A DNA stretch of 63,585 bases, the filler included, from Octopus bimaculoides (Eukaryota), in NCBI RefSeq assembly GCF_001194135.2. It is 10 parts of 8 records of this genome, joined end to end, with 100 filler letters (N's around TTAATTAATTAA, not from the genome) between each part and the next. Parts side by side here need not be neighbours in the genome. Positions count along the whole stretch, not along the records: positions 26,892 to 35,684 come from NC_068996.1; positions 35,785 to 39,271 come from NC_068991.1; 8 more parts are not named here. One strand, written 5' to 3'. This document shows, piece after piece, positions 26,966-39,252 of the stretch. Position 1 is the stretch's first letter. Each line of letters opens with the position of its first letter. The position numbers and the translations under genes were made by a program. The notes below the pieces were generated by a model, which saw nothing but the letters and a program-made list of their open reading frames with translations, searched no databases and had not been told where the DNA came from.

Positions 26966-27430
26966 TGAGACACTTATTCGGTAGCCATGATAAAAATCCG
27001 AGTTTCGGATGCCGGGGTGGGAACCCACGCCACCATCTCCTCAGTTATCCGGCCATTGAAAATTCCTGTGAAAAATGACCGTTAAACAAAGAGAAATTAC
27101 TGTACATATATATACTCGCATACACGGGTATATCCGCATACACACCCCCACACACATGCACTCAACAGCCTCGCACCCATACACACTCACGCAAAAAAAT
27201 TATAGCGCTAAAGCAAAATACAGAAGAAAGAGTGAGAAAGCTATAAGGTTAAAACGCGTCTAATATGCGCATATTTTCACATGCACGCACATACATCTAT
27301 ATACGCACGTGCCCGCACACATTCACAAGCGCGCACATAAGGTTCCATGTACGTGTCTATAGACACACAAGGAAAAAGCAGGGTGGAGGGGAGAAAACAG
27401 GAAAAATATGTGTGGAAAAAATACAAAACA
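26965..27430 (-). mobile_element. Penelope-like element, 3' non-coding region
   Basis: Shares ctcgcacccatacacac, gctaaag.caaaatacagaa, catgcacgcaca and acaaggaaaa.gcagg.tgga with 47057-47570, which directly follows a PLE GIY-YIG ORF. Confidence 0.7.
26984..27053 (-). ncRNA. Type I hammerhead ribozyme-like motif
   Basis: Minus strand: gccggataa-CUGAGGA-long stem II-GAAA-ctcgga-tt-t-ttatcatggc. Stems I and II pair; stem III is minimal with one mismatch. Confidence 0.6.
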
Positions 27431-27444
27431 TTAACTATAATTAT

Positions 27445-27664
27445 GTAAAAAATATAAAAAATACAATTAAATTTAAATGGTCACTGGACAAATTTCTTCA
27501 AAAAATCCCGGACCAACCTCCTACACCTGGATTTGTCTCCAACAATAATAACTCTTTGCTAGAGTGGGCCATATGTGACTAAAAGACTTCACCAGGTGGT
27601 GCTATTGAGTTAGACATGACCTGGGCCTATACTGGCCGGAACCTATCAAAGTTATTAAAGTTAT
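27445..27664 (+). mobile_element. CR1/L2-like LINE 3' end with tandem (AAGTTAT) tail
   Basis: KFKWSLDKFLQKIPDQPPTPGF...NSLLEW...*; the 3' UTR recurs at 31101-31196. Clade assignment is tentative. Confidence 0.65.
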
Positions 27665-27903
27665 ATACAGACACATATACGTGCGTGTGTGTGTGTGTGT
27701 ATGTGTGCGTGTGGTGTGTGTGTATGCTTACACACATACAAATATATATATATATATATATANNNNNNNNNNCATACTAATATATACTTTTGTTATTTAC
27801 ACCACCTGTCCTCGTCTGTTGTTATTTTTTGTATAATCTCCCATATATATATATATACATATACATATACGTCCGTGCGTGCATTTGTGTGTAAGTATGA
27901 GTT

Positions 27904-27961
<58 letters not shown>

Positions 27962-28454
27962 TGTGTCTGTGTGTTTGTGTGTCTGTGTGTTTATGTCGAA
28001 TTATAATAAAATCAAATTAAGATTAAACTAAAGAATTACTAAATTTCTTTTTGCAGAGTACATATTTATTACGCAGTTATAAGAAGCGAGTGATAGTGAC
28101 TTCGAAGTTTCGGTCTGCTAGGTCACTGTCACCACTCTTCTTATCAGAGCAGTGTTATGAACTATGACTATAGGTTTTTTGCGTATACTGTATGTTACAA
28201 CGAATATAGAAAGTGCGTCTATATAACCAGTATACACAGCCGTGTGCCTTCCTTAATTCTCTGCAAACACACTATTTATAAATCTACATTTCTTCTTTTG
28301 TTTGCTAAGGTAAATTGGATTAACCAATTTGCATATTGAACACGTATTTGGTTGTAATCTAATTTAATACGGAATAGAAGCGCTAAGCTGTGACGTGTAT
28401 AACTATAAATTTGTTACCCGTTTAAATATGCTCCAGGAATATTTAAACCTGTGA

Positions 28455-29260
28455 GGAAGCCATTCCCTGTATTTTGTTGCTGTAGAAAATTATGTGTAAA
28501 TACACCGAATCAGTCCACAACGCCTCCTAACAAAACTGTTGGATGTATGCATTTCGGAGCGGTTATCTCCTACTCAGCACCAAAGTCCGGAATGGCATAC
28601 GCTGCGAACAGACATAGATCTCTCTTACGATATTCCCGTCATCATTCAATGATTGGCTGCGCTATTCAGCGGCTCGTCGTAAATAAAATACGGGATGACA
28701 GTGCATACCAGTGACATGTGTAAATATATGTTCCCAGTTTAAATATGCGTGAGGCTTATTCGAACCCGTCAAAAAGTCATCCACTGTATTTTGTCTCGCT
28801 GTAAACAAATAGGTGTAAATAGACCGAGTCAGTCCACAGCACATCCTAACCAGACTGCTGAATGCGTGCATTTCGGAGTGGTTATCCCCTCTTCAGTACC
28901 AGAGACCGGGAAAGCAGACGCTACAAATTGACAAAAGGGACAAGTGTCTCCCTTCTTATATTCCTGTCATCGTACTATGGCTGGTTGCGTTAATCAGCAG
29001 ATTAGCCGTAATAAAATACAGAACAGAAGAGCTAAGCAGTGGTGTGTATGAATATAAACTTGTCACTAGTTCAAACATGTTTGAGACATATTCACACTTG
29101 TAAGAAAGCCATTGACTGTATTTTGTTAAGGAGAAAAATCCTTGTCGTAGATAAATTGGTATAAATACATCAAGTCGGTTCGAAGTTCCCGAGCCAGACT
29201 GATGGATGTATTCATAGCTGTCAAGAAAGTGTTCGATATACAAATTGCTCTATTCAGTTT
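28455..29260 (+). repeat. Diverged tandem repeat, unit about 320-330 bp, about 2.5 copies
   Basis: aag.cat...ctgtattttgt recurs near 28457, 28775 and 29105; cagtccac, tgcatttcggag.ggttatc and aataaaatac are shared by units 1 and 2. Confidence 0.85.
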
Positions 29261-29483
29261 ACTTTGGCCTCCAACATTAGGAGAGTTTTAAACAGTGCGT
29301 TTGTGGATAGTTAAGGAAGGTGTACAGCTGCTGATGAAACTCCAAATAGGGTTTGAAATATGCAGCGTACACAGATGTTCTTTCGTTGTTCCGTTTGCGA
29401 ACATGTTGTGTATAAAGACATGTTTGCATTCGGCGTAGCATACAGTTACGTGAAAATACGTAACTGAGAAGCACGGTCTAGAT

Positions 29484-30252
29484 CAGTGGTGCTCAACCAT
29501 TTTTTTTTTTTACTTATGAACCCCTTTCATTATTATTTTATTCAAGTGAACCCTCAGAGCCATTCGATGTTTAAAAACTAGCTTTACAGAAACTTCTTTC
29601 AAAATTCCTATTTTGTTATTCACACATTAACTTGTATAGGTTGAACAATGGTGCAGGAGTGGCTGTGTGGTAAGTAGCTTGCTTACCAACTACATGGTTC
29701 TGGGTTCAGTCCCACTGCGTGGCACCGTGGGCAAGTGTCTTCTACTATAGCCTCGGGCCGACCAAAGCCTTTTGAGTGGATTTGGTAGACGGAAAACTGA
29801 AAGAAGCCCATCGTATATATGTGTATATATATATATATGTGCGTGTGTGTGTGTGTGTGTGTGTGTATTATGTATGTATGTGTGCATATGTTTTTGTGTC
29901 TGTGTTTGTCCCCCCAGCATCGCTTGACAACCGATGCTGGTGTGTTCACATCCCTGTAACTTAGCGGTTCAGCAAAAGAGGCCGATAGAATAAGAACTAG
30001 GCTTCCAAAAGAATAAGTCCTGGGGTCGATTTGCTCGACTAAAGGCGGTGCTCCAGCATGGCCGCAGTCAAATGACTGAAACAAGTAAAAGAGTAAAAAG
30101 AGTAAAGAATGTAAATCATTAGAGAAAGAAACCAGGAGCCCTTAAAATACTATTGTGGGTCCCCAATTTACTATTTTGTTGCATGGATCCCCCCACCCTC
30201 CGATCTTATATGTACCCTCAGAGACCTTGTGGATCCCGGCTGAGAACCACTA
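29484..30252. mobile_element. hAT-Charlie-type MITE with nested SINE
   Basis: TIRs cagtggtgctcaacc (29484-29498) and ggctgagaaccacta (30238-30252); 8-bp TSD gtctagat/gtctagag fits the Charlie NTCTAGAN preference. Confidence 0.9.
29650..30109 (+). mobile_element. tRNA-derived SINE family B, full length, with internal microsatellite
   Basis: Head ggtgcaggagtggctgtgtggtaag, B-box-like gggttcagtccc, internal (TA)(TG)n, tail (gtaaaaga)n. Confidence 0.92.
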
Positions 30253-30261
30253 GTCTAGAGG

Positions 30262-30900
30262 CAAGATGAACGGTGATGGTTTTCACTTTCTTCAGTTTTG
30301 CACTGAATTTGAACTCGTCATTTGCAACACCGATTTTCATCAGAAGGATGTTCATAAGGTCACTTCGTTCCAAACATTGGCACCTTTTCAGTTACATTAT
30401 AACCGGGAAATGAAACCTTCCGGGTGTCTGCACTGTCCGAGTCATGCGGGGTACAGAATGTTGGATGGACCATAATCTCATACGTGGCAAATTGAAATTT
30501 CACATCATGCATGATATGAGATCTATGGGAATAAAAGTCCCTAAACGTATTTTTGTGTTGAAATTAAAGGACTCTAATCTGTGAGAGACTCTTCGAAAAT
30601 CGTCTGAGGAAATACAATTTGACTGAACTTGGGATCAATTTAAGACCGAGGTCTACAATGCTACAATGTTGATGTTTTTGGTCTCAGACAAAGAAAACAT
30701 CAAGACTGATTTAATGAAAATGAACTGCAGATCGCTAAACGTTTTCAGGAAAAAAGATATGTTGTTGCAAAAATATTTCAGTGCACTGGATAAAGATCGA
30801 AAGTATTTACTGCAGCCTCCCAGAGAAGTTAAAAACCATCAATTTAGTGCAAAATACGACAAATGAAAGATCAATGACTAAACATGAACTGCTATTGGAA
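30262..30900 (+). mobile_element. RTE LINE fragment (end of endonuclease), highly decayed
   Basis: NGDGFHFLQFCTEFELVICNT..HKVT..RSKHWHL..YII..VRVMRGTECWMDHNLIRGKL. Confidence 0.8.
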
Positions 30901-31100
30901 CTTGCATACGATGTAAAGGAACCTTTTTTTACCACTTATATACCACACCATTTTCCTCGAATAATGAAACTGCAACTACAATATCTTTATATATCTTATT
31001 TCTACTTTTATTCTCTTATTTCCCTCTATATTCTCAATCTCCTCTTTTTCCATAATAATTCGAACTCAAATATTTCCTTCATTTAACCGTCTCACACCGT

Positions 31101-31196
31101 CTAAAAGACTTCACCGGGTGGTGCTATTAAGTTAGACATGGCCTGGGCCTATTCTGGCCTATACTGGCCGAAACCTATCAAAGTTATCAAAGTTAT
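31101..31196 (+). mobile_element. 3' UTR remnant of the CR1/L2-like LINE
   Basis: Closely matches 27579-27664, including the aagttatc tail. Confidence 0.75.
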
Positions 31197-31804
31197 ACAC
31201 ACACACACATATTTATATTCATATATAAATATATGTGTGTATGGGTGTGTATATATATATATATATATANNNNNNNNNNNNNNNNNNNNNNNNNNNNNNN
31301 NNNNNNNNNNNNNNNNNNNNNNNNNNNNNNNNNNNNNNNNNNNNNNNNNNNNNNNNNNNNNNNNNNNNNNNNNNNNNNNNNNNNNNNNNNNNNNNNNNNN
31401 NNNNNNNNNNNNNNNNNNNNNNNNNNNNNNNNNNNNNNNNNNNNNNNNNNNNNNNNNNNNNNNNNNNNNNNNNNNNNNNNNNNNNNNNNNNNNNNNNNNN
31501 NNNNNNNNNNNNNNNNNNNNNNNNNNNNNNNNNNNNNNNNNNNNNNNNNNNNNNNNNNNNNNNNNNNNNNNNNNNNNNNNNNNNNNNNNNNNNNNNNNNN
31601 NNNNNNNNNNNNNNNNNNNNNNNNNNNNNNNNNNNNNNNNNNNNNNNNNNNNNNNNNNNNNNNNNNNNNNNNNNNNNNNNNNNTTGGTAGATTGAGACTA
31701 CATATAATCATAATATTTTATTATGAATAAAGCAATTTACATGGCTTGGAATAGAAACCCATCATAAGAAACGCAATATAAATGTGGGTGAATGTATGTG
31801 CATG

Positions 31805-31889
<85 letters not shown>

Positions 31890-32819
31890 TTATTTATTTA
31901 TATACATACATACATACGTATATACATACATTTATACGTGTATATATATATATTTATATATATAAATGTATGTATGTATATATCATATTCTTGCATAAAT
32001 TATATTATATACTACATTTTTACATAGTGTATACACTCACGGACATAGTTTCATGTACACACACACGTACGTGCATGTATACATAATGTATACATGCATA
32101 GATGGATAAATAGATGTAGATATAGAAGTGAAGTGCTATAGACATATGAGTGTGTATATGTGCGTGTTTGTGTGTGGAGAAAGAGAGGGGGAGAGAGAGA
32201 ATGATTCGCGTGTGTAAATAAGTATTTAGTTCGTGTATGTATGCGTGTGTGTTGGAAGGATAAGAAGGGGGAAAAGAGAGCGAGTACCCAACTTAAAAAA
32301 TATGATTCTCTGATTCTGTTTTCTGAAATCGAATTATGTATAGGTTTATATTATTTTTAATGCATTTAACGTATGAAAATAGTAAATATTCTGTCCTGTA
32401 AATTGTCTACCTCGGAATATACACGATATATGAAGAAAACGAAATTGTATGTAGTCGTATAAGATATAAATTGATTTCAACGTCTTACAATCATGTGGGA
32501 AATATTCCACCTGCCAAATAAACTTCTGTTGTAGATATTTTCCAATTCATCACGCATCAGGAGCAATTTCGGAATAGATACACAAATATATAGATACACA
32601 AATATANNNNNNNNNNNNNNNNNNNNNNNNNNNNNNNNNNNNNNNNNNNTATATATATATATATATATATATATTGATGAAAATGGCAACCAATAATCCT
32701 AAGAATTGTATTTATGATGGCGTGAAATATCATTGAACGGAGAAGTTTGATGTAAATGAATTTGAAAATTGAATATTTCAAAGTAGAGAGATACGTAATT
32801 AACAATACTGGTCAAACGC

Positions 32820-34060
32820 AAAATGGAGTTCGGAGGGGGACTGTGCAGCCGTCGGCTCCAACTTGTATCCGAAAGTGTCTTTGGAGTCCAAGTTGGTGAT
32901 GAAAGAGTCGTGGGCAGAACTCGCACAGAATGGTCGGTGCAGGTCGAGGATGTTGAAGACGCTCCTTTCTTCTCCTGCGTTTTTCCTCCTCACTCTGTTG
33001 TCTGCTCTGCTCGAAGGAGCTGGTTCCATTACGGATAGCAGTCCTCCAGGCTGTCCTAACCATGGCAATCTGTTCCCATGAGGAAAGCTGGATGTTAACT
33101 TGAGCTAAGGTCAGTTTAAGCTGGTCAATAAAACGGAATTTCGGACCTCCTCTAGGTCTTGTTCCGATTGCAAGTTCTCCGTAGAGCATGATCCTTGGGA
33201 GACCAGAGGGCTCTATACGCTGGACGTGACCTGCCCAGTGGAGACGATGGCGAAGAATGGTGGCCTCGACACTTGGTAGTGAGGCGCGGCGACGAACCTC
33301 GTTGTTGGTAACATGATCTTCCCATTATATGTTGAGGATCTCTCGTAGCTTCGATTGCTTGAAGCATTCAAGGCGCTTGAAGTCACAGCGATACAACGTC
33401 CAAGTCTCACAAGTGTAGAGTAGAGTTGACGCGGAAGACCATGATCTTTTTCCGGATGGTCAGCTCGTGATTGAAGAATACGATGGCTGAGTCTGCTGAA
33501 GGTGGAGTGAGCTGTCCCAATCCGGTTCTCCACGTCCTTTTCACACGTGGGAGTTTTCGAAAGGATACTTCCAAGGTATGTGAAGTGTTCAACTTCTTCA
33601 AGGAGGCTGGCTGTTGATGCTAATGTTTGTGGTTAGACTGTTCTGACCTGGTGCAGGTTGGATCAGTGTCTTGGTCTTTAATGTGTTTACCTGCATCCCG
33701 AAGCATTCGCAAGTCACGTTGTAAAGATCGGCCGTCCTTTGTAGGTCATCTGTGTAGGCTCGAAGTGGCATTGTCTTCGGCATACTGCATCTCACGGTCT
33801 GAGATGGCGGAAGTCCTTGTCTTTGCTCGGAGACGTGTGAGATTGAAGATCTCAGCGAGTCTAGCTGCTGAACTCCAATGTCACGACTGTTCATTGGAGA
33901 TCCACCGTCTGAGATTCGCCGCCAATGTGTGGTCACGGACTAGAAGTTTCCAGCTTTCCAGACCCATCTCCGGTGCCCACAATACCATTGACATTGAGCT
34001 TTTGAGACAGATTAGAAAGACGAAGCCATTCGCTGAGTAAATTGTTTGAGCTGATCGTAG
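32820..34060 (-). mobile_element. RTE LINE 3' half (RT core to C-terminal C2H2-like finger), pseudogenised
   Basis: IFNLTRLRAKT, MQYAED (YADD site, 33773-33784), LYGELAIGTRPRGGPK, WEQIAMVRTAWR, CEFCPRLFHHQLGLQRH. Confidence 0.93.
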
Positions 34061-35799
34061 CTGCGCGACGGCACACGCACGCACTCGGCCAGGAACTTCT
34101 CCACTGTGGCTCAAGAATTTAGACGTGCAGTCCTGATGAGGCTGGTTGCAGCGAGCTGCCGGAGTTTATCCGTCTTTGTCACGCCTGCCTGCCAGGCGTT
34201 GCCCTCTTCCGCTGGTGTCAATCCTTGGAGGCTTGAGATAGCCCAGCTCCGCTTGCTCCACCGTTGGGATCTTAATTTTGGTGTTTGGTTGTGTTTAGTC
34301 TGGGACCTCATCCTTGACCTTGCCGCCATGGGTNNNNNNNNNNNNNNNNNNNNNNNNNNNNNNNNNNNNNNNNNNNNNNNNNNNNNNNNNNNNNNNNNNN
34401 NNNNNNNNNNNNNNNNNNNNNNNNNNNNNNNNNNNNNNNNNNNNNNNNNNNNNNNNNNNNNNNNNNNNNNNNNNNNNNNNNNNNNNNNNNNNNNNNNNNN
34501 NNNNNNNNNNNNNNNNNNNNNNNNNNNNNNNNNNNNNNNNNNNNNNNNNNNNNNNNNNNNNNNNNNNNNNNNNNNNNNNNNNNNNNNNNNNNNNNNNNNN
34601 NNNNNNNNNNNNNNNNNNNNNNNNNNNNNNNNNNNNNNNNNNNNNNNNNNNNNNNNNNNNNNNNNNNNNNNNNNNNNNNNNNNNNNNNNNNNNNNNNNNN
34701 NNNNNNNNNNNNNNNNNNNNNNNNNNNNNNNNNNNNNNNNNNNNNNNNNNNNNNNNNNNNNNNNNNNNNNNNNNNNNNNNNNNNNNNNNNNNNNNNNNNN
34801 NNNNNNNNNNNNNNNNNNNNNNNNNNNNNNNNNNNNNNNNNNNNNNNNNNNNNNNNNNNNNNNNNNNNNNNNNNNNNNNNNNNNNNNNNNNNNNNNNNNN
34901 NNNNNNNNNNNNNNNNNNNNNNNNNNNNNNNNNNNNNNNNNNNNNNNNNNNNNNNNNNNNNNNNNNNNNNNNNNNNNNNNNNNNNNNNNNNNNNNNNNNN
35001 NNNNNNNNNNNNNNNNNNNNNNNNNNNNNNNNNNNNNNNNNNNNNNNGGTCCTGTCGCTCTGTACGAACGGGCGTTACTGCTACTTTTTAACTCCAAGTG
35101 GACAGTTCCTCTAACTAGTTAACGATGCAACCTGCATACGATATATTGCAAGCAGGGGAGCAAACCCCTACCACCTTCTAGCGACAGGACCAACAGACCG
35201 GTCTGGATCTTTTTCATTCCTCCACATATACACAGACCCACACACACGCACACATTACACACCACACGCTAACATAACCCCACCTCACGACTTTATCCTT
35301 TACAGAAAGAAGACCAACGAACACAGTGATATACACCTATACCCCCAGAAAAATTATACATATGACACCGCTACACATACTACACACTCCAGCCCAACAG
35401 GATCACCACATTAATAATAGACACTTTCCCCACTTCAAGATAACTCTTGCCAGCTTCACAACATACCCAACCAAGGGACATAACTAATCCCCTGGTCCTT
35501 TTTCATCCCACCACCTTTTCACAGCAGCTGCTGACCGGTTGTACTAATCCACCTCCGACAATAGAGAGCAATCACCATATTCCCTTCCATAACGGCTAGC
35601 TCTGATAACTGTAAAGTTATATAATTGTTTTTTTTACCTAACACTCCATTCTATTCTTTACATGAAACCGATCGGAAAGATCAGNNNNNNNNNNNNNNNN
35701 NNNNNNNNNNNNNNNNNNNNNNNNNNNNTTAATTAATTAANNNNNNNNNNNNNNNNNNNNNNNNNNNNNNNNNNNNNNNNNNNNTTTAATGATATATTT

Positions 35800-36235
35800 A
35801 CCAAAATTATATAAAAAAATGTCTTGAAATGCTAAAGAGTAAATTTATTCAATAGAATCGCCAAGGGCTCCAGACGACTTCGGAATCTCCTGCAACTGTT
35901 CTTGTTTAAGTTGGTGCATGCTGCCATAATTATTGCCTTCAGTTTATCTTTGGTGTTAAACGGAATTTTTCTGGTCTCTCGCTCAACTGAGCCCCACACA
36001 ATAATCAAGGGAATTGCAGTTTGGGGAGTTAAGTGGCCAGATGTTAGAGGAGACGTGGTCGCAGAAATTATCTGACAGCCATGACTGAGTTCTCCTGCTT
36101 GTGTGGCATAGTGCTGAGTCCTGTTGCCAGACATGTCTTTAAACAGCCACCTTCTTCACGCAGGGTAGCACTGATTCCTCCAGGCTCTTGATGTAGGCCT
36201 CCGTGTTGAGTGTGAGGCCTTATGGGAAGATGAAT
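35800..36235 (-). mobile_element. Tc1/mariner (maT-type, DD37D) transposase C-terminal fossil
   Basis: WQQDSALCHTSRRTQSWLSDNFCDHVSSNIWPLNSPNCNSLD has 37 residues between the 2nd and 3rd D; followed by VWGSVERET..NTKDKLKA..SCRRFRSRLE. Confidence 0.9.
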
Positions 36236-36313
36236 TAATGGCCTGGTGTCAAAATTTGAAACCAATATATTGCTTCATATGTGCTTCAAGACAGTTATAT
36301 AGGAGGAGGAGGA

Positions 36314-36637
36314 GACCCCCTTCGGTCATGAATGACCATGGGATTGCACCTAGAAAGTTACCCTCCCAGGCAAAGTCCAGGCAAGGTTGTTTGTGGAAGG
36401 CCAGCAGTCGCCCATACATACCAGCTGCCCCTCTCCACGCCACCGTTGCTATCCAAGGGAAAGGCAAATTCCGAATCAGCTTGTCACCAGTGATGTCGCA
36501 ACTCATTTCTACAGCTGAGTTAAGTGGAGCAATGTGAAATAAAGCGTCTTGCTCAAGAACACAACACGCAGCCCAGTCCGGGAATCGAACTCACAATCGT
36601 AAGCTCAACGCTCTAACCACTGAGCCATGCGCCTTCA
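36314..36637 (-). mobile_element. tRNA-derived SINE family D, full length
   Basis: Minus strand gaaggcgcatggctcagtggttagagc...gagttcgattcccgg; aligns end to end with 59081-59414. Confidence 0.92.
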
Positions 36638-37177
36638 CACAACTATACAAAAGTGCAATATATACATATATATGCACACATATTTACATGTGGAGTCAGA
36701 TGTGACAGAGTAGGATTATGAAACCAGTACGATCTCATGCTCAAATTCGCGGCCTCCACATCAGACCGTGCTTGGTGGGGAGAACATGCTGCTGCCCTCG
36801 GCCTGCAGTACACTGAACATGGGCAATCAAATACAATATAATATATATAGATACATACATACACTGATGGCGAAGTAATGTTGTTTGTACAGTTTTTGCG
36901 TTATAAAAAAAAATTGTGTTTTCCTTTATCGGCCATCGATGTGTAGCATCTTATGTGTGATGTCGAATATATTTTGTCACCATAATAGTATGTATGCGTT
37001 TGTGTGAAATTGTTTTACTGTCGTGTGGTCTTGTTTGTAAATCTTTTACAGTGGTTATCTATGTGCATATCAATGAATACATGTAGAGACATATGTGTCT
37101 TTGCTGTTCCTGCGTATGCATTTAGTTATACATATTTCCACACATGTATGTGCATGCGTATTACAACACATACACTT

Positions 37178-37287
<110 letters not shown>

Positions 37288-37399
37288 ATGTTCATATACA
37301 CACACGCACACAGACACACATTTAAGCATATATACATAATTATATATTCACATACGCACATGTACCTACATACATATATAAACATACATATAAGCATAA

Positions 37400-37435
<36 letters not shown>

Positions 37436-37700
37436 GAATGTGTGTGTGTGTGTATATATATATGCACGCACGTAGTAAGTTGTAAGGCCTGTAGTGTTTG
37501 AGTATATGTGTATAAGTATATGTTAGTTACTATAACGTTGTGAGATTTGGTATATTTCGTTTTAGTAATATTTATCGTCTGTCTTGTATGTTCCCCTCTT
37601 TTTCTAATTTCTTTCCGACTATTAAGACTTAAATGGAAAAATAACAACAATAAGCTGAAATAAAAAATATCAGAAATAAACTCACATAAGAAGTATAGAA

Positions 37701-37737
<37 letters not shown>

Positions 37738-38094
37738 AAAAAAAAAAAAACAGAGACCAGAAAACGTTGGCATATATGAAAATCTGCCATTATTTTTCGG
37801 CAAATACACCTATCAGTAAACGATGCTATGTGTATTTCGTTGAAGCTAAACTGACAGTTCACTATGACTGTTGTAATGCAATAAGCTTCGTAAGTTATTT
37901 CCCATAAATCATTTAAGCATGAAAAGTCCCGATTAGAGATGCGAGATTTAGTCGCTGGATCTCGAGTAATAAGTCTTCGACGTCATAGAGCAATCGCTGA
38001 AAGAGAAATACAACATCTTTGCAATACCATTAATGTCCACATATAGAATAAAGAACGCCTTAGAGAAAGAGTATGTGTGTGTGTGTGAGTGTAA

Positions 38095-38125
<31 letters not shown>

Positions 38126-38674
38126 TGTGTGTGTGCGGGAAAATGATGATTTATCTACCTCCAGGAAATGAGAGCTCCCAAAACTTTCATTGAAGAATGA
38201 CTTTCGAGCGGAAAAATTTCGCATCTCGCACAGGCGTGATTTGCGTTGGTGAGAGTAAAGAAGCTTGCAAAATTTACTCCATGTCTCTTGGCATCAGTCA
38301 CTAATAATATCGCCAGCAAAAATTAGTTGGGCACTCAAAAGTTATAGATATATATCGGACTTATATTGAATTCTTCGACAGATTCTAAGATGGATGTCTT
38401 CCACGTAGCAATCGGAATGGTTATTTACAGATATGAATATATACAGAACTGAGTGAATATAAGCGAAAGCACGTAGAACTATTCCCATACAAACGCGTCA
38501 GTGCACGCATACACTGAAACACACACAACACAACACAAACACACACAACACAACACAAACACACACACACACACATGTGTATGTATGTGCTTATGTGTAT
38601 GTGTGGTGCAAATGTTTGTCATTTCAGGTATTCTATAGTGAGAGGATATGAGCGAGGCAGTAACAAAAGAGATA

Positions 38675-38688
38675 CAGAATATCTATCA

Positions 38689-38762
<74 letters not shown>

Positions 38763-38763
38763 A

Positions 38764-38815
<52 letters not shown>

Positions 38816-38840
38816 CATCTATCTATATATCTATCTGTCT
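38675..38840 (+). repeat. (TATC)n/(TGTC)n tetranucleotide microsatellite
   Basis: Direct reading. Confidence 0.97.
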
Positions 38841-38869
38841 ACATTTTATCCACTATCCTTTACATGATT

Positions 38870-39252
38870 CACGCATCAGACTGCGGCCTAGCTGGGGCAC
38901 CAACTTGAAGAATTTTATTCGAATGAGTCGACACCGTTTCTTTATTTTTTGTAGCCTGGTACTTATTCTATCTGATTCTTAGGTCGAACCGCTTGTTTAC
39001 TAGCACCGTTTGTCAAGGGGTAGTGGTGGAAAACACAGGTACAAACACACACACACTCACAAAGACACACACGAACACACACAAACACACACCCACACAC
39101 ACACACATATACGACGGGCGTGTTGCCATTTCCGTCTATTAAATCCAAACACAAGGCTTTACAAAGAGACAATAGGCCAAGGTATCATGCAGTGTGTCAG
39201 GATCCCGAGCCACGTGGTTGGAAAGCAGAACTCTTACCACCCAGCCACATCC
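38870..39252 (-). mobile_element. SINE family B, degenerate full-length copy
   Basis: Head, internal (CA)n and tail are all collinear with 29650-30109. Confidence 0.8.

Noticed and set aside
35595-35664. gaaaccgatcgg palindrome as hammerhead stem III
   Set aside because: No intact CUGANGA upstream, and the sequence is cut by a gap.
36690-36830. GC-rich island as an exon (VLQAEGSSMF)
   Set aside because: That frame stops within a few codons; the open frame has no recognisable homology.
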